57,113 nt of DNA from positions 1 through 57,113 of the forward strand of contig JBGPJZ010000003.1 of the NCBI GenBank assembly GCA_041485695.1. Direction: 5' to 3'. Source of the stretch: Minisyncoccia bacterium (GTDB lineage: Bacteria > Patescibacteriota > Minisyncoccia > Phycocordibacterales > Phycocordibacteraceae). Shown here piece by piece: positions 27,926-36,888 of this stretch. The translations under genes and the position numbers were made by a program. Position 1 is the stretch's first letter. Each line of letters begins with the position of its first letter. Below the pieces are notes generated by a model that worked only from the letters and a program-made list of their open reading frames with translations, was not told the origin of the DNA and made no database searches.

Positions 27926-29806
27926 TTATTGCACAGCCGCCTTCGTGGGGGTATAGCCGGGGTCGGTCGGGGTCTCGGTGGAGACAGAGCTCCCTGTCGT
28001 CGTTACTTGCACTTGGGCATAGCGATCAAAGGCTGAAAAAGCGGGGGCGCTCGTAAGCGTCGGAACCGAGCCGCGCTGACTCGTACTCGGGGTCAATACC
28101 ACCTGAAACGCCACCTGACGAGAGGCACCGCCACCAATGTCGCCCATCTGCCACGTAACGGCGTGCGAGGGCGCGTCATAGCTGATGGAGCCGTCAGAGG
28201 GCGATGTCACTCCAGGAAAGGCGATGTATGAGGGGAGCGTGGCTGAAACGACGGCGCCAGCAAGATCATTGCCTGCATTCGCCACGCTCCACTCTATAGT
28301 GTAGGTGGTCGGCTGATCTGCTTTCGGAGGCACGGGACCCGAATTTGCGAAGGGCCCCGATGCGTGGAGCGAGGCCGCAGTAAAGGTGACAGCGCTTACG
28401 AGCTTGATGACCTTCGAGGATGAAGCCGAGACCTGCTCTGGCACGCCTGACTGCCCGACGCGCTCACCAGCGATAGATACGGTGAGGGTGATGGCCGAGT
28501 TGCGCGGCGCGTTCGTAAGAGTCGAGAAGGTGAAGGTGCCAAGCCCCGAAGCGCCTGGCGCGAGTGAAGCCAAGGTCGCATCAGTGTCCCGACTAAAAAT
28601 GACGGTGCGGTCAGCCGAGCGATAAAAGCCGTTATGCGCCTGGACGCTTGCGGGATCGAGCGCCGCGCCGCTAATCGCAATATCAATCTCTGCATTAGTG
28701 AGCGGTACTGAAAGCGCGTTCGCCCACGCAACGCCAACGGTTACCGGGGCTCCGGGGGCGACGGCGGGAGCTGCGGCTGAACTCCCGTTCACTGTAAACG
28801 ACGTCGTGAGGAATGGCGCCGTGATGTTGATGCTCGCTTCTTGCGTCATGTAGCCTACCGCGAGCGAAGGGTCACTCGCTGCCTTCGCCGTTCCGATGGT
28901 GAAATGAAAAACGCGCACCTCATTGTTTTGGCCGTTCAATGTTCCCGTGAGCGTGACAGTTTTAGAAGCGCCCGGCTTCAAGGTCCCCAAGGGGAAATTG
29001 GTACCAACTGCGGGGAGCGAAGAGTCGGTGACGAGATAGCCGGCGGGGTATTGTGCCGCAAGCACGACCCCTTCGACAGGCTGCGTCGCGTTCGAGCGGG
29101 CTGTTACCCGTATCGTAAAAGGCTTCCCAGACACCGTTTCAGACACGGTATCGACTGTGACCGAAAGGGGCGCTGTCGAGATTACGACCGGATACGTCGA
29201 TTTTTTCACAAAAACAGCATTTGAGCGCGAGGTACCAAATGAGAGTGAAACCGAGATGGTCGGCTGCGCGCCCTGCGCTCCGAACAAGACCGCAGAGATC
29301 GAGCGCTCGACTGTCTCGCCCGGAGAAAGCGTCCCGAGATTTTCACTGAAACGTGGATATGCAGCGGTGACATCGGTCGCGCTCCTGGTACCTTCAGGGA
29401 AGGCCACTTCAAGAGTGGCATTTTCGACCGACGTGGAGTTCTTATTTGTGACGACGATCGAAAGGGGGACGGTATCGCCGCCGGCTACCGTAGTAGGACC
29501 TTGGATAGTGAGCTCGATATTATCTACTGATACCGTGTTACCCCCGGTATAAAACAAGAACGCCGAAACGCCAATGGAGATGACGAAAAAGGCGATGGCA
29601 ACAAAGAAGAAGCGTGATGCGAAATGCACGTGATGTGCGGCGCCGAAGGATGAGAGTTGCAAGCGTTCTTTCCACGCGTGCGGTATTGAAGAATCAGTGC
29701 TACGAGGAAACACCGGAGCCACGGGCGGAGAAGCCTCGCCTGGAGAGTAGAGGCGTTCACGCGCCTTACCAAGCGCGCTTAAACCAGGATCTTTCTCAGG
29801 AGGCAT
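27926..29806 (-). CDS. Single-pass membrane protein with tandem Ig-like/DUF11-like domains
   Basis: One TM followed by beta-rich repeats (YTIEWSVANAGN, VTWQMGDI). Start set at MPPEKD, 6 nt after TATAAT. Confidence 0.8.
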   Translation of the reverse strand: MPPEKDPGLSALGKARERLYSPGEASPPVAPVFPRSTDSSIPHAWKERLQLSSFGAAHHVHFASRFFFVAIAFFVISIGVSAFLFYTGGNTVSVDNIELTIQGPTTVAGGDTVPLSIVVTNKNSTSVENATLEVAFPEGTRSATDVTAAYPRFSENLGTLSPGETVERSISAVLFGAQGAQPTISVSLSFGTSRSNAVFVKKSTYPVVISTAPLSVTVDTVSETVSGKPFTIRVTARSNATQPVEGVVLAAQYPAGYLVTDSSLPAVGTNFPLGTLKPGASKTVTLTGTLNGQNNEVRVFHFTIGTAKAASDPSLAVGYMTQEASINITAPFLTTSFTVNGSSAAAPAVAPGAPVTVGVAWANALSVPLTNAEIDIAISGAALDPASVQAHNGFYRSADRTVIFSRDTDATLASLAPGASGLGTFTFSTLTNAPRNSAITLTVSIAGERVGQSGVPEQVSASSSKVIKLVSAVTFTAASLHASGPFANSGPVPPKADQPTTYTIEWSVANAGNDLAGAVVSATLPSYIAFPGVTSPSDGSISYDAPSHAVTWQMGDIGGGASRQVAFQVVLTPSTSQRGSVPTLTSAPAFSAFDRYAQVQVTTTGSSVSTETPTDPGYTPTKAAVQ

Positions 29807-29813
29807 CTCTCTA

Positions 29814-30353
29814 TTATAGACCGGAGAGCTCAATGCCGCGATTGATGCGCGTAACAAGCATAGTTCGGTCGCGACCTGCCTCGACGAGGTCAGGGATGCT
29901 GCCTGCGTCAAAGCCGAGGGATGAAAGGAGGCGGAGGACAGCGCGACATTCAATAGCTTCTGAAAGTGCCTCGGGTAGGGAGGTAAACGCAGCAAATGTC
30001 TCTGTAAGGAGAGCGAAGATTGCTGGGTCGGGAGTTTCGGCCGGAACAAGGCGTAACACAAGGCCTACGACGCGTGCCGCCCGTACCCGGGCGGCACGCG
30101 GAAACTCATTAAACCAATGCTTCGCAAGCGTAGCACCTGTTACTCTCCACCCCTCTGTCCCGCGGACGAGCGTGACGTCGCTCTCGGTAAAGGTCAAAAG
30201 CGCCGAAGCAAGCTTCGCCCCAGGCCGGCGCACCCCTTGCACTCGCGCGCGCACCAACCCAACATCGTGGGTAAGGAGCGTGACAAGCGCATTTGCCTCT
30301 CCAAGCGGAGTGCGTGCGATGACGAGCGCCCGAGTTCCATATTTATGCCGCAT
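29814..30353 (-). CDS. recO: DNA repair protein RecO (short)
   Basis: GEANALVTLLTHDVGLVRARVQGVRRPGAKLASAL OB-fold pattern. Start overlaps the ileS stop. Confidence 0.85.
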   Translation of the reverse strand: MRHKYGTRALVIARTPLGEANALVTLLTHDVGLVRARVQGVRRPGAKLASALLTFTESDVTLVRGTEGWRVTGATLAKHWFNEFPRAARVRAARVVGLVLRLVPAETPDPAIFALLTETFAAFTSLPEALSEAIECRAVLRLLSSLGFDAGSIPDLVEAGRDRTMLVTRINRGIELSGL

Positions 30354-33300
30354 CAACGATGAGATTAAAGGTGACCATACCTGTTGAAAGCTCGACCGAG
30401 TACTTCCCTCCCGGCACTCGCTCAGCATACGCTTTGTCTTTAGGCGAGAGGCCTTCGGCCTTTCTCGCCTCCGCAACCGCGCGCGCCATCTCACGCTCAT
30501 CGCCCTCTTTTATGAGCGCGGGTGTAAGGTGTGTATCAAGAGAATATGACGGCGCGTCCTGGCCCAAAGGGGCTAGCAGGACTTTTTTAACGTTTAACTC
30601 TTCTGCAAGGATCTGTGCTACATCATTCCACAGCGGAGGAGGCAGGAAAGAATGTTTAATTGTGAAAGATGCTAAAGGTTGTCGTACTTTTATTTCAGCT
30701 CGTTGCCGCGCTTGAAGTCCGAAAGAGGCGATTCCGCGCGCGAGTTGCATGGCCGCAAGAATATCTCGGTCTTTTTTGTTATCAAAAATGCTTAGCCACG
30801 AACGCTTCACAATTGGCCATGCTGCAAGATGCACGCTCTCCGGATCATCATGACTGCGGACTTTTCTGAAGACGTCCTCCGCGATAAATGGCGCAAAGGG
30901 AGCGATAAGGAGCGAGATCGTGCACAACGTTTCGCGGAGCGTTTCAGTCGCGGCCGCATCTCCCTCGCGCGCACGGTCGCGGATGCGCCGCACATACCAC
31001 TGCGAGAGGTCCTCGCAGAGCGCGGCAATCTCACGCGACGCGTCATACAAATGGTATTCATCAAACGCCTCGGTCACTCTCCGCGTCGCTTGTGCGACGC
31101 GCGTCTTCATCCATCTGTCGATTATTTGCTCCTTTCCTTCTTTCTTTTCTCCCGCGAACAATTCGTAAAACTTCGCGCTATTCTCGAGCCAAGAAATGAC
31201 ACGCGCAGACTCTTTGAGCGTTTTTTCATCATAGTTCTTAGAGTCTCCTGCCTGATTGACGTAGTACATCCAGAAGCGGAGCGTATCAGCGCCCCACTTC
31301 TCTATTTCCGCCCACGGCTCGACGACATTCCCCTTCGACTTGCTCATCTTCTTCCCTTCTGCATCGAGCAGGTGCCCGAGGCAAATCACGTTTTTATACG
31401 CACGACCGCGACCCATCAAAACCCCGACCGCGAGCAGGGTGTAGAACCATCCGCGCGTCTGATCAATCGCTTCTGAAATGAAGTCGGCGGGATACACGAC
31501 GTGTTTTGGCTCCTGCGCAAAGGGCATCGAGCCGGAATCGAACCATACGTCCATGACCTCGGGTACTCGCCGCATCTCCTTTCCCGAATCCGAAATCAAA
31601 ACAACGTCATCAATGTATGGCCGATGCAAATCGAGCTCGTAATCGTCATTGTGAGAAAGAGGTACGAAATCAAGCTCGCGCGACCGCCCCGTTGGCATAC
31701 TGAGTCCGGCGATGAGACGTTTCGATCCGTGCCTGTCTGCGCCTTGTGCTACGGCGCCCAATGTCTCGACACCGACGCCATGGGTAATGATGAGGATATG
31801 TTGACCCGCCTGGCGGCGTTCAATATCGTGCAAAAATGCTCCGAAGCGGTTCTTTGCGTCCTGATAGCTCTCGCCGCCTGGGACTTTATCGTCATACTGA
31901 TGCCCATCACGAAATGACTGGAAGTCGGCTATGGGCCGATGGTTAAAATCGCCGAACTCAAATTCGCGCAAGCGGTCATCGTAGGTGATGTTCTCTTTAG
32001 GAATAGCGAGTAGCTCCGCAACAATCTCGGCTGTCTCCCGTCCGCGAAGGAGCGGTGAAGCGTAGATGCGAGTTGTGCGAGAGAGCGCACGAGTTGCAGC
32101 TTTGACTTCAAGTTTCCCTTGCAGGGTCAATGGATTCCCGGCTCGATCATTGTTCGCCATACCCTTTACGTTGTGCTCGGCCTCGCCGTGGCGCATCACA
32201 AAATATTTGTTGTCTGATTTTTTGGTACGCTTTTTTAATTCAGCGACAGAACCTATAACCAGCCGCTCCTTTTTGTCGGCAGTCTCCCAGACCGGGAGCG
32301 GCGTCGCCCAATAGCGCTCGCGCGAGATCGCCCAATCCTTTACATTCGCGAGCCACTCCCCCATGCGTCCATCACGGATATGTTCCGGCTCCCAACGAAT
32401 CTTCTGATTTTCCGCAACAAGCTCGTCGCGCACCTCCGACATGCGGAAATACCACGAGTCGCGGGCATAGTAGATGAGTCGCGTCTTGCACCGCCAACAA
32501 AAGGGGTACGTGTGCGTGTATGACTCTTTTTTGAACAACAGGTCGCGTGCCTGCAAATCCTTCAATATTTCAACCGACGTCTCTTCTTCTACGACCGAAC
32601 GACCAGCAAGGAATCCGGTGCCTTCGATAAACTTCCCGTCCGGTGCAACTAAATGCACTTTCGGCAGTCCGATTTTCTGTCCAAGTTCAAAGTCGTCCTG
32701 CCCATACATCACGGCTGTATGAACGATACCCGTCCCCTCTTCGGTGGTTACGAAATCTGCAGCATACACCTGAAACGCCTTATCAAACTTTTGTTTCTCA
32801 GTTTCCGGCGCGAGATTTTTCGCAAAGTCGTAGAGTGGTTTGTACTTCTTGCCCACGAGATCAATGCCTTTGACGAGCCGTAGGGGTCGCGAAGAAATAG
32901 TCTGGCCGAGCGAAGCGAGGAGACCCGAGGACTTTTCTGCAGCGACTCCTGCGGCGAGGATGAAGCGCTCTCCGTTGACTTCGTGCACGCTATAGTCAAT
33001 ATCCTTCCCAACCGCGAGGGCAACGTTCCCCGGCAAGGTCCACGGCGTCGTCGTCCAAGCAAGGAGATACGTGCCGGGTTCGTCAACGAGTTCAAATTTC
33101 GCGGTGATCGTTAAATCTTTTACGTCCTCATATCCTTGCGCGAGTTCGTGCGAGGAGAGCGCAGTGCCGCACCGCGGGCACCAGGGCACCACTTTATAAT
33201 CCCTGTAGAGCCGGCCGTCGTCAGAGACTTTTTTGAAAATACCCCAGAGCGCCTCCATGTAGGAGGGGTCGGAGGTGAAGTAGGCCGAGGACTGGTCCAC

Positions 33301-33684
33301 CCAATAACCGATGCGCTTCGTGAATCGCCCCCATTCGTCGATGTAGCGGAGCACGCTCTCTCGGCATTTTTTATTAAATGCGGCGACGCCATACGCTTCA
33401 ATATCTTTCTTCCCTTTAAACCCAAGTTCCTTTTCTACTTCGAGCTCAACTGGCAAGCCATGCGTGTCCCAGCCGGCGCGGCGAGCTACGCGATACCCAC
33501 GCATCGTCTTGTAGCGCGGAATCGCGTCTTTGAATGCGCGCGCCTCAAGGTGATGAATACCTGGCTTGCCGTTCGCGGTCGGTGGGCCCTCGTAGAAAAC
33601 GAAATCGCCCTTCGGCGCCTTCTTTCGAAGCGACTTCTCAAAAATCTTCTCGCGCTTCCAAAAAGCTAGTATCTCATCCTCCAT
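30343..33684 (-). CDS. ileS: Isoleucine-tRNA ligase (type 2) with inserted histidine-phosphatase domain
   Basis: FYEGPPTANG..HH, GWDTHGLP, WTTTPWTLPGN, ISRERYW, WFDSGSMP, AIDQTRGWF, KMSKS. Start at 33684 or 33690. Confidence 0.97.
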   Translation of the reverse strand: MEDEILAFWKREKIFEKSLRKKAPKGDFVFYEGPPTANGKPGIHHLEARAFKDAIPRYKTMRGYRVARRAGWDTHGLPVELEVEKELGFKGKKDIEAYGVAAFNKKCRESVLRYIDEWGRFTKRIGYWVDQSSAYFTSDPSYMEALWGIFKKVSDDGRLYRDYKVVPWCPRCGTALSSHELAQGYEDVKDLTITAKFELVDEPGTYLLAWTTTPWTLPGNVALAVGKDIDYSVHEVNGERFILAAGVAAEKSSGLLASLGQTISSRPLRLVKGIDLVGKKYKPLYDFAKNLAPETEKQKFDKAFQVYAADFVTTEEGTGIVHTAVMYGQDDFELGQKIGLPKVHLVAPDGKFIEGTGFLAGRSVVEEETSVEILKDLQARDLLFKKESYTHTYPFCWRCKTRLIYYARDSWYFRMSEVRDELVAENQKIRWEPEHIRDGRMGEWLANVKDWAISRERYWATPLPVWETADKKERLVIGSVAELKKRTKKSDNKYFVMRHGEAEHNVKGMANNDRAGNPLTLQGKLEVKAATRALSRTTRIYASPLLRGRETAEIVAELLAIPKENITYDDRLREFEFGDFNHRPIADFQSFRDGHQYDDKVPGGESYQDAKNRFGAFLHDIERRQAGQHILIITHGVGVETLGAVAQGADRHGSKRLIAGLSMPTGRSRELDFVPLSHNDDYELDLHRPYIDDVVLISDSGKEMRRVPEVMDVWFDSGSMPFAQEPKHVVYPADFISEAIDQTRGWFYTLLAVGVLMGRGRAYKNVICLGHLLDAEGKKMSKSKGNVVEPWAEIEKWGADTLRFWMYYVNQAGDSKNYDEKTLKESARVISWLENSAKFYELFAGEKKEGKEQIIDRWMKTRVAQATRRVTEAFDEYHLYDASREIAALCEDLSQWYVRRIRDRAREGDAAATETLRETLCTISLLIAPFAPFIAEDVFRKVRSHDDPESVHLAAWPIVKRSWLSIFDNKKDRDILAAMQLARGIASFGLQARQRAEIKVRQPLASFTIKHSFLPPPLWNDVAQILAEELNVKKVLLAPLGQDAPSYSLDTHLTPALIKEGDEREMARAVAEARKAEGLSPKDKAYAERVPGGKYSVELSTGMVTFNLIVDAA
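32895..32942. repeat. Hairpin element family B, in-frame inside ileS
   Basis: 45/48 identical to the intergenic copy at 54061-54108. Confidence 0.85.
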
Positions 33685-33713
33685 AATCATTCAATCCTAG
33701 CGTTTTTAAGGGC

Positions 33714-33750
33714 AAAAAGAAAACGACCGCACACACCCCGTATGCGGTCG
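33714..33750 (-). terminator. Terminator upstream of the ileS promoter
   Basis: Stem cgaccgca/tgcggtcg followed by a U tract on the minus strand. Confidence 0.7.
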
Positions 33751-33990
33751 CCCCGTATGCTTATCTTCGTCGTTCGGCTCGTGAACGACATCCTCCATTG
33801 TCTCCCCTGCGAGGGAGGTTACGCCAAGGCGGTCTCGGACTCTTCCCCGTATGCCGGCGTTTCTTGCCCAACTTCGGAAACGTCTCCACTTCAGTAGAAA
33901 ACCCGATGTATTCGCTCGTGGTATTTCCGCTAAGTCCGTCTGACTGTTGATCCAAAAGAACCCCCTTGCGGTTAGAACCAGATTAGACTA

Positions 33991-35589
33991 TCACATCTTT
34001 TCGGGGGTGGGAATACCGAGTAGTTTGAGCCCGTTTTGCATGGTGTTCACGAATGCTCGCGCGAGCATGAGCTTGTGCGCCTCGTGCTCCCCGCCAATAA
34101 TCTTTTCTTTCGCATAAAAAGAATTCCATTCGGCCGCGAGTTCGGTGAGATAGGTGGTGAGGAGGTTCGGCGCGAGCTCGTGTGCGGCGCGCGCGACGAT
34201 TTCAGGGAAATGCAAGATGTCGCGCTCGATGAGATACGGTACTTCAGGAGGAGTCTCGATACGAGCCTGCTTGCTCGCCTTCTCAAGTACTGATTTCGCG
34301 CGCACCAAGGCGTACTGCAGATACGGCCCGGAATCGCCCTCAAGCGAGAGCGACTTCTCGGGGTCAAAGGTGATGTCGGAGCCCGACGCCTGCCGGAGAA
34401 TCATGTATTTGATTGCGCCGATTGCGACCTCTTCAGCGACGAGCGGGTCTTCGTTCTTCTCGCTCGCTTTCTTGATGACGTCGGTAATAAAATCACTCGC
34501 AGTGATGACATTCCCCTCGCGCGAAGACATCTTCCCGCTCGCAAGCCGCATAAATCCGTGCGCGACGTGCGCGGTCTTTTGAGCGAGCAGAGGCGCGACA
34601 TCGTGGAGCGCCGCAAGGACGGTCTTGAATCGCCCTGCCTGCTCATTACCGGTCACGATGATGACACGGTCGCTGGGCCAGCGCTCCTCGCGGAGGAATG
34701 CGAGCCCCAAATCCTTCGCCTCATAGGTCGGCGTGTCGTGCGAGGTGATGAACACCATCGTATGCACGCCCTTCGCTTCACCGTCATAGATGATGGCGCC
34801 GTCGCTCTTCTTGAAAATCCCCTTTGCGAGGCCGTCCTGCACGATGCGCATGCCGGCCTCGGTCGTATCGCTATCAAAAAGCTCGAAGTCATATTTTGTG
34901 CCGAGAAGGCTCCAGGTACGGCGGAATTCTTGCATCGAGACCTCACGACCGCGCTCCCATAAGCTCATGAGGGCGACATCTTTACCCGCGTATACCGCCT
35001 TGCTTAACGTATCAATCTCTCCTTTGGCGCTGGCGTCTTCTTCATATGCCTTTGCCCCTTTCGCGTATGCCTCGCCCAGCTCCTTGGCATCAAAATCAAT
35101 AACCGCGTCTTTCTGTAGAGCCCACAATGCTTTCGCGACATTGGGGCCCACGTCGCCACCGAATGTATCGCGTGCGACCGTCGCTCCTCTTGACTCGATG
35201 AGGCGCGAAAATGCCTCGCCAATGATAGTGCCCATCATGTGCCCGATATGCATCTCTTTAAACGCATTCGGGTTGCCGTACTCAATCATCACGCGGCCGC
35301 CAGTTGGCGGAGCCGCCATATCGTTCCCTCTCCCCCACTCCTCGCCTTTTGCATCTGCTTCGGCAACCGCAAAACTAACCGCCTCGCGCGAGAGCGTGAT
35401 GTTCACGAATCCTGGACCCGCAACTTCAACGTGCTCGGCGTCCGCGCCGAGCACGTCTTTGAGCGTCTTGGCGACTGCTTCGGCCTCCTTCCCCACAAAC
35501 ACAGCATAATCCCCGTGCGCCGGGTCAGGCGGCCGCCTAATCGCGCCCGCACTCTCCGAGCCTAGAGCTTTTCGTATCCTCTCTTCCAT
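33991..35589 (-). CDS. argS: Arginine-tRNA ligase
   Basis: GPGFVNI, EYGNPNAFKEMHIGH, KMSSREG, GDSGPYLQYALVR, C-terminal PEKM. Confidence 0.97.
   Translation of the reverse strand: MEERIRKALGSESAGAIRRPPDPAHGDYAVFVGKEAEAVAKTLKDVLGADAEHVEVAGPGFVNITLSREAVSFAVAEADAKGEEWGRGNDMAAPPTGGRVMIEYGNPNAFKEMHIGHMMGTIIGEAFSRLIESRGATVARDTFGGDVGPNVAKALWALQKDAVIDFDAKELGEAYAKGAKAYEEDASAKGEIDTLSKAVYAGKDVALMSLWERGREVSMQEFRRTWSLLGTKYDFELFDSDTTEAGMRIVQDGLAKGIFKKSDGAIIYDGEAKGVHTMVFITSHDTPTYEAKDLGLAFLREERWPSDRVIIVTGNEQAGRFKTVLAALHDVAPLLAQKTAHVAHGFMRLASGKMSSREGNVITASDFITDVIKKASEKNEDPLVAEEVAIGAIKYMILRQASGSDITFDPEKSLSLEGDSGPYLQYALVRAKSVLEKASKQARIETPPEVPYLIERDILHFPEIVARAAHELAPNLLTTYLTELAAEWNSFYAKEKIIGGEHEAHKLMLARAFVNTMQNGLKLLGIPTPEKM
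35297..35311. repeat. Palindromic element family A inside argS (encodes PPTGG)
   Basis: ccgccagttggcgga, 14/15 identical to the family core. Confidence 0.6.
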
Positions 35590-35606
35590 TAGAACGAGTG
35601 TAACAG

Positions 35607-35640
35607 AAAAGCCGCCCCGGATGCATCGGAGCGGCTTTTT
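35607..35640 (-). terminator. Terminator after the YjjX-like gene
   Basis: aaaagccgc / gcggctttt. Confidence 0.75.
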
Positions 35641-35657
35641 GTAGATTCACATCGATG

Positions 35658-36227
35658 CTAGTCGTTCGGATTGAACACACGATACTCATCAGGACTAATA
35701 AGTACAGTGAAAGCCGAAAGGACGGCCTGTGTGATGATCGACTCGCGATCGAGTATCCCTTTTGAAAGGTATTTGTGAGGATCTTTCTCTCCGCCGCCAG
35801 CGCATCTTTGGATGATGGTGCCGATTTCAGTCTTCTGTTCCTGAACTTCAGTCACCATCCACGTCGGAATCGGTAGACCAGCGCCGACCGAACGACCTTG
35901 AATCTGCCAACGCGGATACACAATGGCGACTGCCGGTGGATCAAACCAGCGACCATCGATTTGGACAAGACCGTTTTCGATACCGATGCCAATCTCCGCA
36001 TTATGGGCCTCGCGCGCTAATCGCGCGCGATTAAGCGCGCCTGTGAACATTTCATCGAAACCGAAAGGTTGCGCGGGTATACCAGATTCAGTTTCCTCGC
36101 TCCTAAGTTCATAGGGAGAAAGAGGCAAGTCACCCATCTTCGTTATGTCGTGCTCAATGAGCTTCTGAATCGCCTTCTCTACCGCACGAATCTTAAGGGC
36201 ACTTTTCGTGCCGACTACAATAATCAT
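35658..36227 (-). CDS. yjjX: Inosine/xanthosine triphosphatase (YjjX/DUF84 family)
   Basis: VVGTKSALKIRAV, SGIPAQP, GALNRA, GIGIENG. Confidence 0.85.
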   Translation of the reverse strand: MIIVVGTKSALKIRAVEKAIQKLIEHDITKMGDLPLSPYELRSEETESGIPAQPFGFDEMFTGALNRARLAREAHNAEIGIGIENGLVQIDGRWFDPPAVAIVYPRWQIQGRSVGAGLPIPTWMVTEVQEQKTEIGTIIQRCAGGGEKDPHKYLSKGILDRESIITQAVLSAFTVLISPDEYRVFNPND

Positions 36228-36376
36228 TGCAATCCCCGTAAAGAACTACCGGGGGTACTCTACGCTACGCGAAAGAAGACGCAAGTCACTACTTGAACGA
36301 CTCGGGGATGGGGTGCGCGAGGATCGTCATGGACGATATGTTTGATCTTTCGTTTCAAAACAATAGTTTGTCTCAC

Positions 36377-36396
36377 TGGTATGATATATCATACCA
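36377..36396. promoter_or_regulatory. 20-bp perfect palindrome TGGTATGATATATCATACCA (copy 2)
   Basis: Identical to the core of the palindrome at 36835. Starts 9 nt past the stop of the TrpR-like gene. Confidence 0.8.
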
Positions 36397-36405
36397 ACTA
36401 GCGAA

Positions 36406-36831
36406 CTATCCGGAGAGAGATGCGCTCAAGAACTTCCACCGGCCGCGGCCTGCGCGCGGCGGCATACCAAAGTGAATCACGCGGACCAGCTCATCCATGA
36501 ACGTTTCGCGTTTGAAGTGTTGCGTATGCTCGCGTGCGTAGCGCGTAATGTGGTCGTACTTCCCCGCCTTCACGTCCTTCCATACACGGATGACGGTTTG
36601 ACGAGTAACGCCAAGCGCATCCTGGATTTGAGTAAAGGAGTACTTACGCACCAAAAGGACGACTGTAGCGAGTCGTTTCGCGAGCATTACTCGCTCGGTT
36701 TGCGAGAGGAGTTCATTTGCAAGTATGCGCGCTTCTTTCTTACTCTGTGCGAGAGATAGAAATGTCAAAAACTGATCCGCGAGCTCCGTTGTCACCTCTT
36801 TCTTTATCCGTTTTTTCGAAACATGCGGCAT
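36406..36831 (-). CDS. TrpR-like (YerC/YecD) transcriptional regulator
   Basis: ELLSQTERVMLAKRL...YSFTQIQDALGVTRQTV. Confidence 0.85.
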   Translation of the reverse strand: MPHVSKKRIKKEVTTELADQFLTFLSLAQSKKEARILANELLSQTERVMLAKRLATVVLLVRKYSFTQIQDALGVTRQTVIRVWKDVKAGKYDHITRYAREHTQHFKRETFMDELVRVIHFGMPPRAGRGRWKFLSASLSG

Positions 36832-36834
36832 AGG

Positions 36835-36862
36835 TAAATGGTATGATATATCATACCATTTA
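36835..36862. promoter_or_regulatory. 28-bp perfect palindrome overlapping the extended -10 (TGgTATGAT) of the TrpR-like gene
   Basis: taaatggtatgatatatcataccattta, 3 nt from the start codon. Confidence 0.85.
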
Positions 36863-36888
36863 GTACCTGCTCAATTCTAACCTGCTTT

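Noticed and set aside
33700-33990. T-box riboswitch upstream of ileS
   Set aside because: No GGTGGnACCGCG T-box sequence or stem I motifs, and ileS has its own -10 after the terminator.
36835-36862. dif/Xer site (11-6-11 geometry)
   Set aside because: The arms do not resemble XerC/XerD arms, and a symmetric core would not be directional.
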